Shown here: positions 31,803 to 43,311 of the stretch, one piece after another
How positions within the stretch are numbered: the stretch's first letter is position 1
How the letters are laid out: each line of letters opens with the position of its first letter
Source of the DNA: Candidatus Poribacteria bacterium
Lineage (GTDB): Bacteria > Poribacteria > WGA-4E > PCPOR2b
Assembly: GCA_965116925.1 (NCBI GenBank)
Contig: OZ220744.1
Coordinates: 3,392,001 to 3,456,000 of the forward strand
Length of the DNA stretch: 64,000 nucleotides
Reading direction: 5' to 3'
Program-made: the position numbers and the translations under genes
Notes under the pieces: generated by a model
Database searches by the model: none
Seen by the model: only the letters and a program-made list of their open reading frames with translations
What the model was told of the DNA's origin: nothing

Positions 31803-33005
31803 ATGCCAAAAGATGAGATTTTTCAGGAAACTGTTACTCGTGTCGAAAAGCCGTCATCACACTTTACGCTACTTCGTGCGCCCAGTGGGGATTACCTCGG
31901 CGCGTCCGATGATGGATTTGCGACCTTTGACTATGTGGACGATCAGGCGATATGGGACGCCGACGGAGAGGGCTATCGTCATGTAGCAACGGGCCTCACC
32001 GTTGGGGTAGAATCCCCGCGCTCCAAGGAGGGAGATTATCTCCGTCATGGTGGGAAGTGGCTCGCCAGTGACGGCACACTTGCCGATGCCGCCGCGCTGT
32101 TCGTCTCTGGTCACGGTCCCGCGCACATGCCGTCAACATATCTGGAATCGTTCAGAGAGAACGGATGGGTCTGTGTACCTGCGGTCATCGATCCCGATGT
32201 GATTGAGGAGTTGGAGCGGGTCAGCTACACCGGTCGTTGGGAAAGCGACGGAGAGTTTGATCGGAGCGTTGCACCGATGCTCCAGACTTCAGCGGTCGCA
32301 AAGATCGCGACGGAGCCTGTCTCCTTGTGGTTGATGCGCGAATATATGGGGGTCCAAGACATTCGACTCGGACATTCGCCCGGCTTCGCCATACTTCCCA
32401 AAGACGACGGCAAACGGAACGTCCAAGGCTGGCATTCCGATTTCCCGTATCTCTGGGGCATTGCCGGCAGGACAAAGGACCGGATCCCTGTGCATCAGGT
32501 TGATGGATTCGCCATGGGTGTCCAGCGCAACCTGTGCGTATCGGAATTTCGGAAGGAGAATGGGGCGACCTGTTTCAAACTCGGCTCACACGCACTCGGC
32601 GCAGGACCGCCCGTCGAATGGGGCACCGGAAACGCAAACAAGGAGCCGGGACATCGTGAAGCGAGGGGGCTGCCCTACACCGGTCCCGATGCCGATGTCG
32701 TTGAGGCACCGCCCGGCAGTTATATCCTCTACGATTCGCGGACGTGGCATCGTGCAGGCGTGAACCGTACCCCGCATAAACGCGCCGCCATGTTGCAGGC
32801 GGTGGTCCCGATGTACATGATGCCGTTCAGGGACACCAGTCGCGTGTACAAGAATTTTATCAAAGGTCCCTATGTCGAGGAACTGACCGAACTTGAGAAA
32901 CGGGAGCTTGAGTCGCTGATGGTGAGCCGGATGCTCAGTCCCGATGGGCCTCTGGCAATCACGGTTGATGATGAGTTGACTGAGCGGGTTCGCTCTGCGG
33001 ATTGA
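31803..33005 (+). CDS. PhyH family dioxygenase with N-terminal beta-rich extension
   Basis: WHSD, ENGAT...GSH and TWHRAG.N motifs. Confidence 0.85.
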   Translation: MPKDEIFQETVTRVEKPSSHFTLLRAPSGDYLGASDDGFATFDYVDDQAIWDADGEGYRHVATGLTVGVESPRSKEGDYLRHGGKWLASDGTLADAAALFVSGHGPAHMPSTYLESFRENGWVCVPAVIDPDVIEELERVSYTGRWESDGEFDRSVAPMLQTSAVAKIATEPVSLWLMREYMGVQDIRLGHSPGFAILPKDDGKRNVQGWHSDFPYLWGIAGRTKDRIPVHQVDGFAMGVQRNLCVSEFRKENGATCFKLGSHALGAGPPVEWGTGNANKEPGHREARGLPYTGPDADVVEAPPGSYILYDSRTWHRAGVNRTPHKRAAMLQAVVPMYMMPFRDTSRVYKNFIKGPYVEELTELEKRELESLMVSRMLSPDGPLAITVDDELTERVRSAD

Positions 33006-33515
33006 TGCTGTTGTCTGAATCGCGGATAAGGATGCGTGAAACGTGAAACGTGATGCGTGACAGATTGTAATGTATAAAGTTCATCAGATCTGTCTCATTA
33101 AATTGTCTGAATCCGGATTTTCAGAATCGAAGGATAAACAGGATAAGAAAGGGAGCGTCCAAAAATCCATGAGTGCTAGGGTCGGGAAGACGACGAAACT
33201 GTCTGAATCGCGGATTAAGAGGATTACACAGATTGCGCGGATAAGAGCGCGTGAAACGTGATGCGTGACAGATTGTAATGTATAGGGTTCATTAGTTCAA
33301 TGAACCAACATAGCCCCAGCGGGGCGATATGTATATAGAAAGGCAATACGCCTAATCCCCGCGCTCCAGCGGAGCGCAATGTATAGAATTCATCAATTCG
33401 ATGCACCAAAGTAGTAGGCATACTCCGTATGCCGTAACCACAGTTAATGAACCAATGAACCAACGTAGCTCCAGCGGGGCACCATGTATATAGAATCCTA
33501 GCTTGAATAAAATGA

Positions 33516-34742
33516 ATGGAAACCACAATGCCAGATTTTACAGACGAAGAGTTATTGCAAATCATTGAATATAATGAAGCTGATTGCGTCGAGTTTAAAG
33601 AGTCTTTGTCCGGTGATGCTCCGAGAGAAATAAGAGAAGCTATTTGTGCATTTGCCAACGATTTACCCCACCGCGAAAAACCTGGCTTTGTTTTCGTGGG
33701 AGTGAGGAACGACAGAACTATCGCAGGTCTACCTGTTACGGACCGATTGCTCCGGCGGTTGGCTGATATGAAAACCGATGGGAATACCGTACCGCCCCCA
33801 TCCCTAAACGTTGAAAAGCGCGTACTGCAAGGTAAAGAAATTGCCGTGGTCACGGTACAACCCTCCGATTCGCCGCCGGTTCGATACAGAGGTACTATCC
33901 ATATCCGTACTGGTCCGCGCCGCGGTATCGCCACAGCACAGGATGAAAGGATTCTCAACGAAAAGCGGCGATTTGGCAACATTCCCTTTGACCTGCACCC
34001 TATTCCCACAGCCGACATCTCGGACCTTAACCTAGTCCCGTTCGAGAACGAATATCTACCGCAAGCGGTTGCCTCTGATATACTTGAAGCCAATGAACGC
34101 ACTCCCGAAGAACGTCTTACAGCGATGAAGATGATTGCGCCAGGCGATGAACGAACCCCAACGGTGTTGGGAATATTGGTACTCGGCAAAAATCCACAGG
34201 ACTTTCTTCCAGGGGCTTACCTACAATTCCTCAGGATTGATGGCAACGAGCTAGCAGATAATATTCTTGATAGTGAAGAGATGTGCGGTACAATTCCTGA
34301 CCTGCTTCGCCGTCTGGACGAGAAACTGACCGCTCACAATCGTATCACTGTTGATTTCACAACCAGCGTCGTCGAACAACGAACGGAACTTTATCCTATC
34401 CCAGCGCTGCAACAGATCACTCGGAATGCCGTTATGCACAGAACTTATGAAGCAACGCACGCGCCGATTCGTGTATCTTGGTTCAATGACCGCATTGAGG
34501 TTTTAAGCCCCGGTGGCGTGTTTGGGGTGGTAACGGCTGCGAATTTTGGCCAACCCGGACTTACCGATTATCGGAACCCCAATCTCGCGGAAGCGATGAA
34601 AAATCTAGGCTATGTACAGCGGTTTGGCGTGGGAATACCGACAGCGAGAAGGCTGCTGAAAGCAGCGGGACACCCAGAACCGGAATTTGCAATTAATGAT
34701 ACCAACATACATGTCACGATAAGGGCATTGCCCAAATTCTAA
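33516..34742 (+). CDS. AlbA_2/Schlafen-like domain plus HATPase_c_4 protein
   Basis: E...VEFKE, ICAFAN, FVGV; NAVMHRTY, DRIEV.SPG and RNP.LA..M..LGYVQRFG.GI motifs. Confidence 0.88.
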   Translation: METTMPDFTDEELLQIIEYNEADCVEFKESLSGDAPREIREAICAFANDLPHREKPGFVFVGVRNDRTIAGLPVTDRLLRRLADMKTDGNTVPPPSLNVEKRVLQGKEIAVVTVQPSDSPPVRYRGTIHIRTGPRRGIATAQDERILNEKRRFGNIPFDLHPIPTADISDLNLVPFENEYLPQAVASDILEANERTPEERLTAMKMIAPGDERTPTVLGILVLGKNPQDFLPGAYLQFLRIDGNELADNILDSEEMCGTIPDLLRRLDEKLTAHNRITVDFTTSVVEQRTELYPIPALQQITRNAVMHRTYEATHAPIRVSWFNDRIEVLSPGGVFGVVTAANFGQPGLTDYRNPNLAEAMKNLGYVQRFGVGIPTARRLLKAAGHPEPEFAINDTNIHVTIRALPKF

Positions 34743-34754
34743 AAAGAGATAAAA

Positions 34755-35768
34755 ATGTCTGTCCCAATTTTAACCTTTTTCAATAATAAGAGCGGTGCTG
34801 GCAAGACATCCTTGGTCTATCATCTATCGTGGATGCTATCCGATATTGATTATCAAGTACTTGCTTGTGACCTCGATCCACAGGCGAACCTTACCCGTAT
34901 GTTTATCAATGAGGAACGCCTAGAAATGCTGTGGCCTGACAATGGACCAAGAAAAACCATCTATAATGCCCTCCAACCGCTTTTGGACGGGACCGGAGAC
35001 ATTGAGCAACCTTACTTGGAGCGGATAGCACCGAAGTTGAGCCTTATCGTAGGGGACCTTTCATTATCTGCTACCGAGGAGGCGTTTTCGATCCAATGGC
35101 AAGCGTGTCTTGACCGTCGCCCACGGGCTTTCCGTGTCATCTCAGCACTATGGCGCATTTTACAAACGGCAGCGAACGATAGTGGTGCTGAAATCGTCTT
35201 GGTAGATGTGGGGCCCAACTTAGGGGCTTTGAATAGAGCGGTGCTGATTGCGACGGATTACGTTATCGTTCCGCTTGGCACCGATCTAATCGCACTTCAA
35301 GGACTGCGTACCCTCGGGTCAACCCTACGAGATTGGCGCAATGGGTGGAAAGATAGATATGACTGTAACCCCATCCCTGACCTATGTATACCCGATGGAT
35401 TAATCCAACCCATCGGGTATACGGTACAGCAGCACGGAATTCTTTTGGGGCGTCCCATTCGGGCATACGATAAGTGGGTCAATCGTATGCCGGAGGAATA
35501 TGCTCGAAACCTACTGGACGATAACGATGGACCTTACCCTAAGACACCGGCGCAAGATGAAGCACACGCCCTCGCGACTGTCAAGCACTACCGAAGCTTA
35601 GTGTCGATGGCGCAGGAAGCACGTAAGCCTATGTTTCAGCTCACACCAGCCGATGGCGCGATGGGCAGCCACGCCGATGCCGCCAATACCGCCCGCGCCG
35701 ATTTCAAGGCTCTGGCTGAGAAGATCGCCGCAAGGATTAATTTGGAAAAATGTAAGGAAACCGTCTGA
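34755..35768 (+). CDS. ParA/Soj-like ATPase
   Basis: NNKSGAGKTS Walker A, DLDPQANLT and DVGPNLG motifs. Confidence 0.9.
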   Translation: MSVPILTFFNNKSGAGKTSLVYHLSWMLSDIDYQVLACDLDPQANLTRMFINEERLEMLWPDNGPRKTIYNALQPLLDGTGDIEQPYLERIAPKLSLIVGDLSLSATEEAFSIQWQACLDRRPRAFRVISALWRILQTAANDSGAEIVLVDVGPNLGALNRAVLIATDYVIVPLGTDLIALQGLRTLGSTLRDWRNGWKDRYDCNPIPDLCIPDGLIQPIGYTVQQHGILLGRPIRAYDKWVNRMPEEYARNLLDDNDGPYPKTPAQDEAHALATVKHYRSLVSMAQEARKPMFQLTPADGAMGSHADAANTARADFKALAEKIAARINLEKCKETV

Positions 35769-35906
35769 ATCGCGGATTCAGCGGATTACGCAGATTGCGC
35801 GGATAAGGACGCGTGAAACGTGATGCTTGAAAGCAGATTGTAATGTATGGAGTCCGTCAGTTCAATTGAACCAATGAACCAAAGCGACCTGAGATAGGTG
35901 TAAACT

Positions 35907-38900
35907 ATGTCAAACCGTAACACCCGAATCCGGGATAACCATGACCGAGGAACGGTCGGCGATTTTCTGGAAGCCAACATTAAGGACGATGCATCGCTCT
36001 CGGTGGTGTCGGCGTACTTCACGATCCACGCCTTTGAAGCCCTCAAAGAGCGTCTGTGGAAAATTGACGGACTGCGATTCCTGTTCGGTGAGCCCGACTT
36101 TATCAAAAATCTCGACGCAAGGGACACCGATCCGAAAGCCTTCAAAATTGAGGACGAGGGTTTGCAGCTTGACAAGCCGCTTCAACAGAGACCGATTGCT
36201 AAAGAATGCGCTGAGTGGATAAAAAAGAAGGTGGAGATTAAGTCAACCCGGCAATCGAATCTACTCCACGGGAAGATGTATCATATCGGCAACAACGACG
36301 AGGAAAAAGCCATCATGGGCAGTTCCAATTTTACCGTGCAGGGACTCGGATTGAGTCAGTCGAACAGTAACATTGAGCTCAATCTTGAGGTGGAGGACTC
36401 CCAAGACCGTCGAGACCTGAAAGCGTGGTTTGATGATGTCTGGAATGACAATGAACGGGTCGAAGATGTAAAGAAAAAGGTAATTGCTAGGTTAGAGAAG
36501 CTGGGGGACGATCAGGCACCAGAGTTCATCTATTACAAGACACTCTACGAGCTGTTCCGGGACGACTTAGAAGCCCGAATGAACAACGAGCAGAAATTAG
36601 AAGACACGCACCTGTACGACACCAAAATCTGGGATAAATTGTACGACTTCCAGAAAGATGGCGTCAAAAGCGTTATCGCCCGTCTGCTACGGCATAACGG
36701 CTGCATCCTCGCCGATAGCGTGGGATTGGGCAAAACCTACACGGCATTGGCGGTTATCAAGTTCTTTGAATTGAGAAATGAGCGTGTCTTAGTGTTGTGT
36801 CCCAAAAAGTTACGCGAAAACTGGGCGTTGTATCCAGTGCATTACAACCAGCGCAGCAATCCTTTCGAGGACGACAAATTCGGCTACTCGCTTCTATCGC
36901 ATACCGACCTATCCCGTTACAGCGGCGACACCGACGGCACTGATTTGGCAGGCTTTAATTGGAGCAATTTTGACTTGGTGGTGATCGACGAATCGCACAA
37001 CTTCCGCAACGACACCAAACCGACCCTTGATGACGCCGGTAATATCACCCGCCACAGTCGCTACTCGCGGTTGTTGGAAGAGGTTATCAAGGAAGGTGCC
37101 CAAACGAAGGTGTTGATGCTTTCAGCGACGCCGGTGAACACCTCACTCATTGACCTGCGAAATCAGATCTACCTGATGACCGGAAAGCGTGAAGAGACTT
37201 TCCGGGAAAGCTTAGGAATCGGTAATATCCGCGCTTTGCTAGGGCAGGCACAAAGGGAGTTTAAGGCATGGGAAGACGATAAAGACAGTGGTAGAGACAA
37301 ATTGAAATTGCTGACTAAATTGGGGGCTGATTTTTTCCGATTACTCGGTGGTGTGTCTATTGCCCGTTCTCGGCGGCACATTGAAAATTTCTACGCCGAT
37401 GAAATAGGGAGAATTGGGGAGTTTCCCGAACAACTGAAACCGGAAAACCATCACCCATTGACCGACCTGACCGGCGCGCTCTCTTATAAATACTTGGCGG
37501 ATCAGATAGAGAAATTCTCCCTGTCCGTTTATACGCCATCCAGTTACGTCATCAGCGAGGCAGCAAAACAGCGACTGGCAAAAGAGAAACAGGACTTCCG
37601 TTTCAATCAGTTAGACCGTGAGAAATTCCTGATTGGGATGATGCAGACCAACTTTCTCAAGCGTTTGGAGAGCTCCGCACACTCCCTCACAGAAACGCTT
37701 GAACGCACAATCGGCAAAATTGACGACTTACTGGAAAAGATTGATCGCTACGAACAGAATCAGCAGACGCCGCAAGCGGGGTCCGAGGTGCTGCTAGAGA
37801 ACGACATCCTACCGGAGGACGACGAAGACGATGAGGAGTTTCTGGTAAATAAGGCGCGCTACCCCTATCACCTCCGGGAATTGGATTGTGTCTGCTGGAA
37901 AGAAGATCTCATAAAGGACAGAGAGACGTTGAGCGAGGCGTGGGAAAGCGTCAAAGCAATTACGCCGGAGCGGGATGGCAAACTTCAAGCGATTAAGGCG
38001 CATATTCGGGAGAAGGCAGAACACCCACCGACCGACAAGGACGGGGAGACCAACCGCAAGCTGCTGGTGTTCACCACCTTCAAGGACACGGCGGAGTACC
38101 TCTATGATAACCTGTCGGATCTGGCGGCGGAACTGAACCTGAATATGGCGATGGTCTCCGGTGACGTGACGCGAACCCAATCCCGCCCAAACAACTTCAA
38201 CGCCATCCTGACCAATTTCGCACCGCGAGCACGCGGGCGCACTGACAACGATGGCGATGAAATCGATCTGCTAATCGCCACCGATTGCATATCGGAGGGA
38301 CAGAACCTACAGGATTGCGACACGGTGTTGAACTACGACATCCACTGGAATCCGGTGCGTATCATCCAACGCTTTGGACGCATTGACCGCATCGGCAGCC
38401 GCAACAAGTCAGTGCGAATGATTAACTATTGGCCCACCGAAGATATGGAGGTCTACCTGCGCTTGCAAAGCCGTGTCGAGGCTCGCATGGCACTTGCGGA
38501 CGCTGCAGCAACCGGCACTGATGACCCATTGAACGAATCGGCATACGAACAAGCCCAGATGGAACTGAATTTCCGTAATCAACAACTGAGGCAGCTGCGC
38601 GAGGAGGTGCTAGACTTCGATGACCTCTCCGATGGCGTTGTGCTGAGCGATTTTACGCTCGATTACTTCTTTACCCAATTGTTGCGGTATCTGGAAAAGA
38701 ACAAAAAGGAGTTGGAAGCGACCCCCAACGGCGTGTATGCGGTCACCCACGATGCAGACCGTCCGATGGAAAGAGGGGTTATCTTTTTTCTCCGCCAACG
38801 GAACGCCAGTACGGATATACAGAGAAAAACAGCCAGCCCGATCCACCCTTTTTATGGGGTCTATATCCGCAACACTGGTGACATCCGCTACGGTTGTGCA

Positions 38901-39206
38901 AACACCCGACAGGTGCTGGATCTGTTTGAATCGGCGGCTGTCGGCAAGACTCAACCGTTGCATAACCTATGCGTCCAATTTGACAGCGAAACCAAAAATG
39001 GCAAGAAGATGGGACGGTATAACGGACTGTTGAAAGCGGTTATTGACCACATCAGCAGGGCGCATACGACGACACAAACCAACAATATGGGACTTAGTGG
39101 CTCACGCGACTTTGCACTCCCTCTGGAATCCGAAACCCCCAGAGATACCAGTGATTTTGAGTTGGTGACATGGCTAGTGATCACCACCCCACAGAGAAAA
39201 AGCTGA
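35907..39206 (+). CDS. PLD-nuclease-like domain fused to SNF2 helicase
   Basis: HGKMY...GSSNFT; LADSVGLGKT, DESH, LSATP, SEGQNLQ and WNPVRIIQRFGRIDR motifs. Confidence 0.92.
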   Translation: MSNRNTRIRDNHDRGTVGDFLEANIKDDASLSVVSAYFTIHAFEALKERLWKIDGLRFLFGEPDFIKNLDARDTDPKAFKIEDEGLQLDKPLQQRPIAKECAEWIKKKVEIKSTRQSNLLHGKMYHIGNNDEEKAIMGSSNFTVQGLGLSQSNSNIELNLEVEDSQDRRDLKAWFDDVWNDNERVEDVKKKVIARLEKLGDDQAPEFIYYKTLYELFRDDLEARMNNEQKLEDTHLYDTKIWDKLYDFQKDGVKSVIARLLRHNGCILADSVGLGKTYTALAVIKFFELRNERVLVLCPKKLRENWALYPVHYNQRSNPFEDDKFGYSLLSHTDLSRYSGDTDGTDLAGFNWSNFDLVVIDESHNFRNDTKPTLDDAGNITRHSRYSRLLEEVIKEGAQTKVLMLSATPVNTSLIDLRNQIYLMTGKREETFRESLGIGNIRALLGQAQREFKAWEDDKDSGRDKLKLLTKLGADFFRLLGGVSIARSRRHIENFYADEIGRIGEFPEQLKPENHHPLTDLTGALSYKYLADQIEKFSLSVYTPSSYVISEAAKQRLAKEKQDFRFNQLDREKFLIGMMQTNFLKRLESSAHSLTETLERTIGKIDDLLEKIDRYEQNQQTPQAGSEVLLENDILPEDDEDDEEFLVNKARYPYHLRELDCVCWKEDLIKDRETLSEAWESVKAITPERDGKLQAIKAHIREKAEHPPTDKDGETNRKLLVFTTFKDTAEYLYDNLSDLAAELNLNMAMVSGDVTRTQSRPNNFNAILTNFAPRARGRTDNDGDEIDLLIATDCISEGQNLQDCDTVLNYDIHWNPVRIIQRFGRIDRIGSRNKSVRMINYWPTEDMEVYLRLQSRVEARMALADAAATGTDDPLNESAYEQAQMELNFRNQQLRQLREEVLDFDDLSDGVVLSDFTLDYFFTQLLRYLEKNKKELEATPNGVYAVTHDADRPMERGVIFFLRQRNASTDIQRKTASPIHPFYGVYIRNTGDIRYGCANTRQVLDLFESAAVGKTQPLHNLCVQFDSETKNGKKMGRYNGLLKAVIDHISRAHTTTQTNNMGLSGSRDFALPLESETPRDTSDFELVTWLVITTPQRKS

Positions 39207-39493
39207 AAACGGGAAAACCGGAAAACGAGACAAGGTATTCAGTCATCCCCCGATTTATCGGGGCGACATGTGCCATTTGTCTGAATCACGGATTAACACG
39301 GATTCACGGATTCACGGATAAGAGGAAAAAATGGGAAGCCCAGCTTTTAGCCCCAACGGGGCGATATGTTTATAGCTAGGTGATAGGCCCTTTCTCTCAA
39401 GCCCCAGAGGGGCGACATGTTAGGACTTATGCAGTTCAGGTTGTAGGGAACGCAGATCTGCGTTCCCTACGCACATAACAAGGAACGAAACAG

Positions 39494-42400
39494 ATGAGCA
39501 ACGAAGAAATCAGAAAGAAGGAAGAAATCGAATTCGCCTTGGCGGCAATGATTGACGACGATTTTTTGGAAACCTCAAAGGATCTGTTGGAGGTTTTGGG
39601 CTACTGTAGCGACCGGACTGCGAACTTCCCGGTAACAGCGGATCACTTTATTTGGCGGTTTCCAGCTCCAAACGAAAACACCGACACAGAGCGGGAATTC
39701 CGCCAGAACGTGGAATCGGTCGAGCTGGTGTTTCAAGTCAGCAGCACGGAAATTGCCCCCGACGATCAGCCAATGCTGTTTGAGGTGCCTACCTTTGATG
39801 AGGGATATGTAAGGACTTTCACCTTCTTTGCAATCGAATTGAAAGATTCGGACTACCCACGAGGCAAATATGCCCAATTCACACGGGAGGTCAACAAGCG
39901 GTTTATAATGCCTGTTGTGGTATTCTTTCGCGTTAAAGACCGTTTGACCATCGGCTTTGTCGGGCGCCGTCAACACAGGCGTGACCCAGACCGCGATGTG
40001 TTAGAACAGGTTACGCTGATTAAGGACATTCGTCTGGATGATCCACACCGGGCGCATCTGGATATCCTGTTTGAACTCTCATTAGAGGAATGCGCGAAGT
40101 GGATGAGGGACCACAACGAACAGGAAAACTTCGATGGTTTGCTTGCGGCGTGGCTTGCCCGACTGGACACCGAAGAGCTCAACAAGAAATTCTACCGGGA
40201 ACTGTTCGCTTGGTTTGAATGGGCGGTTGCTGAAGGGCAATTCCCCACAGATAAAAATCGCACCCTGAAGCCGGAGGAGCATGTCATCCGCTTAATCACA
40301 CGCCTCCTGTTCGTCTGGTTTATCAAAGAGAAGGGACTAATTGCAGGTGAACTGTTCAATGAGGCGCGAATTTCCCCCTTGCTGAAGGACTACGACCGGG
40401 ACACCGGCAATTCCTACTACCGCGCTGTGCTGCAAAACCTGTTTTTTGCCACGCTGAACACCGAGATAGGAAAACGTAAGTTTAGCGAAGGGGGAAACCC
40501 ACGCCATCGCAATTTCTCACTGTATCGCTACAAGGATCAGATAACTGACCCCGATAAACTGCTGGGGCTATTTGAGAAAACGCCATTTATCAACGGGGGA
40601 TTGTTCGATTGCCTCGACAGCGAGGAGGCAACACGAGATGGCGGCTACCGTATCGACTGCTTTTCTGATGTGGATTACGGTAAATTGAGAGTTCCCAACC
40701 GTCTCTTTTTTGACAAGGAGCATGGTTTGATTCCTCTCCTAGAACACTACAAATTCACCGTTGAGGAAAATACACCGATAGAGCAGGAGGTCGCGTTAGA
40801 TCCAGAACTACTCGGCAAGGTGTTTGAAAATCTGCTCGCTGCATATAACCCCGAAACCGGCGCAACAGCACGGAAACAGACCGGCTCCTACTATACCCCG
40901 CGTCCCATCGTAGACTACATGGTGGAGGAGGCGTTAGTGACGACACTAACAGAGCAGGTCTCCCCAACGCACGGAGATGCGAAGTTTTGGGAGGAACGGT
41001 TACGCTATCTGTTCGATTATGCGAAGGTGTTTGACGATGCGAGCGAATGGTTCGATAGCCGCAAAGCTGACGCGGTGGTGCGAGCAATTTCAGAACTTAA
41101 AATACTGGATCCGGCGGTCGGTTCCGGTGCGTTTCCGATGGGCGTCTTGCACAAGCTAACCCTCGCCCTGCGGCGACTTGACCCGGATAACAAACGCTGG
41201 GAAGCATTGCAAAAGGAACGTGCCGCCCAACGCGCGGCGGATGCGTTTGATACGGAAGATGATCAAACGCGACGTGAGGAACTCCTCGAAATCAACGAAA
41301 CTTTCAAACGCTACCGCGATTCGGACTTCGGACGGAAGTTATATCTGATTCAAAACAGTATCTTCGGCGTGGACATTCAATCTATCGCCTGTCAAATCGC
41401 CAAACTCCGCTTCTTCATCTCCCTTGCTATTGAGCAGGAGCCGGATAGAAGCGCAGACAACTTTGGAATCAAGCCGCTGCCGAATCTGGAGACACGGTTT
41501 ATTACAGCGAACACACTCATCGGTCTCGAAGAGGAGCGAACCCTGACAAGTCCCAAAGCGAGGGATTTAGAGCGAGAATTGGGCGAGAACCGCGAGCGGC
41601 ATTTCCACGCAACAACGCGCCCACAGAAACTGGCGTGTAAACGAGCGGACAAGAAGTTGCGGCGGGGGTTGGCGAAGGAATTAAAGGATATTGGGATGCC
41701 CCCCGATGATGCGGAGAAAATTGCCCATTGGGACCCTTACGATCAGAACGCAAGTGCGGATTGGTTTGATTCGGAATGGATGTTTGGTATCGTAGACGGG
41801 TTTGATGTGGTGATTGGGAATCCGCCGTATGTTAGCCATGATAAAATTTCCAAACAGCTTAAAACCGAAATTAAAGATCGCTATCAATCTTACGAACCCT
41901 TTGCGGATATGTACTGCTATTTCATTGAAAAAGCAATAGGGTTGCAAAATCAGCAAGGAATACTTAGCTTTATTACTTCAAATTCATATTTGAGAGCGGA
42001 ATATGGTGCCCCAATCCGAAAGCTGCTGAAAAATGAGAATATGCTGCTTAGAGTGTTAAATATTGAAGATTCACAGGTTTTCGAGAGTGTGATTGTTAAT
42101 GTCGCAATAATAGTGTCTCGTAAATCGACAAATCTCACTGATGATTTTTGTATTGTTGTCAATTCGCCATTTTCAGGTAATAGTTTTGAGGATTTTATAA
42201 AAAGCAATGGTTTTCATTATCCTCAAGCGTACTTTAATTCAAAGTCGTGGAACCTTATAGAACCAGAACTTGTTGAACTTCAAAGGAAATTGGAATCATC
42301 AGGGAAAACTCTCGAACAGCTGAGAACAAAAATTAGACTTGGTATTGCGACCGGCAGCAATGAAGCCTTTCTGATAGGTGAAGATAAGAAACGAGAACTT

Positions 42401-43069
42401 TGTGAAAGAAACCCTGTCAATGCTGAAATCATAAAACCCATTTTGAGAGGTAGAGATATTTTTCGCTACAGTTACACATCAGCGGGGCAGTATATTTTGC
42501 TGGCTAAAAATGGAGTCAATGTGCAAAGAGATTATCCTGATATATACGAACATTTAGAGTCATTCGGGGATAGGTTCAGGAATCGTGGGGCGCAAGGACA
42601 ACACTGGACGAATCTAAGGGCGTGCTCATTCTATGATGACTTCAAAAAAGAAAAGATTGTGTGGATTGAATTGACGGATTCAGGGCGGTTTGCCCTTTGC
42701 AATGAGGAAATCTATCTACTAAATTCAGCGTATTTTTTACTACCTCCGTCAGGCATAGAGTCAAAATTTCTGCTAGGTGTCCTAAATTCAAGCACAATTC
42801 GCTTTTACTTGGGTCTTATTGCAGAAACGAGTGGGATGGGAACAAGCCGTTGGATTAACAATTATGTGAAAGAATTTCCGATACCGGAGGCTACCTGTGA
42901 GCAACAAGCCCTGATTATTGATCTTGTCGATCAAATCCTTGATGCCAAACACACCGATCCAGACGCCGATGTATCCGAACTTGAAAATGAGATTGATCAG
43001 ATAGTATACTTATTATACGGTCTTACCCGTGAAGAAATCGCTATTGTGGAGGGAGCGGAAAATGTCTGA
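39494..43069 (+). CDS. Type IIG/Eco57I-like N6-adenine methyltransferase with C-terminal TRD
   Basis: GSYYTP, DPAVGSGAF (motif I) and GNPPY (motif IV); TaqI_C-like tail. Confidence 0.92.
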   Translation: MSNEEIRKKEEIEFALAAMIDDDFLETSKDLLEVLGYCSDRTANFPVTADHFIWRFPAPNENTDTEREFRQNVESVELVFQVSSTEIAPDDQPMLFEVPTFDEGYVRTFTFFAIELKDSDYPRGKYAQFTREVNKRFIMPVVVFFRVKDRLTIGFVGRRQHRRDPDRDVLEQVTLIKDIRLDDPHRAHLDILFELSLEECAKWMRDHNEQENFDGLLAAWLARLDTEELNKKFYRELFAWFEWAVAEGQFPTDKNRTLKPEEHVIRLITRLLFVWFIKEKGLIAGELFNEARISPLLKDYDRDTGNSYYRAVLQNLFFATLNTEIGKRKFSEGGNPRHRNFSLYRYKDQITDPDKLLGLFEKTPFINGGLFDCLDSEEATRDGGYRIDCFSDVDYGKLRVPNRLFFDKEHGLIPLLEHYKFTVEENTPIEQEVALDPELLGKVFENLLAAYNPETGATARKQTGSYYTPRPIVDYMVEEALVTTLTEQVSPTHGDAKFWEERLRYLFDYAKVFDDASEWFDSRKADAVVRAISELKILDPAVGSGAFPMGVLHKLTLALRRLDPDNKRWEALQKERAAQRAADAFDTEDDQTRREELLEINETFKRYRDSDFGRKLYLIQNSIFGVDIQSIACQIAKLRFFISLAIEQEPDRSADNFGIKPLPNLETRFITANTLIGLEEERTLTSPKARDLERELGENRERHFHATTRPQKLACKRADKKLRRGLAKELKDIGMPPDDAEKIAHWDPYDQNASADWFDSEWMFGIVDGFDVVIGNPPYVSHDKISKQLKTEIKDRYQSYEPFADMYCYFIEKAIGLQNQQGILSFITSNSYLRAEYGAPIRKLLKNENMLLRVLNIEDSQVFESVIVNVAIIVSRKSTNLTDDFCIVVNSPFSGNSFEDFIKSNGFHYPQAYFNSKSWNLIEPELVELQRKLESSGKTLEQLRTKIRLGIATGSNEAFLIGEDKKRELCERNPVNAEIIKPILRGRDIFRYSYTSAGQYILLAKNGVNVQRDYPDIYEHLESFGDRFRNRGAQGQHWTNLRACSFYDDFKKEKIVWIELTDSGRFALCNEEIYLLNSAYFLLPPSGIESKFLLGVLNSSTIRFYLGLIAETSGMGTSRWINNYVKEFPIPEATCEQQALIIDLVDQILDAKHTDPDADVSELENEIDQIVYLLYGLTREEIAIVEGAENV

Positions 43070-43311
43070 ATCACGGATTATAGTAAATGTTAGAATTATT
43101 GGGACACTGTAGGAGGGTTTTCCAAACCCCGATTATACCCTCCCCTCTGATTTCACAGGCCAATCAAGAAGGTTTCCCCGCACCCTGGTCTCGGAACGGA
43201 CAAGGCAGTTCTCCTGAAATCCCTATTGGAGAAGCGTCAAATTATTTTTATTATTCACCATAAATGCCCCCTAATCCTTTAACCTATCAACTATAAAAGG
43301 AACATCTTATC

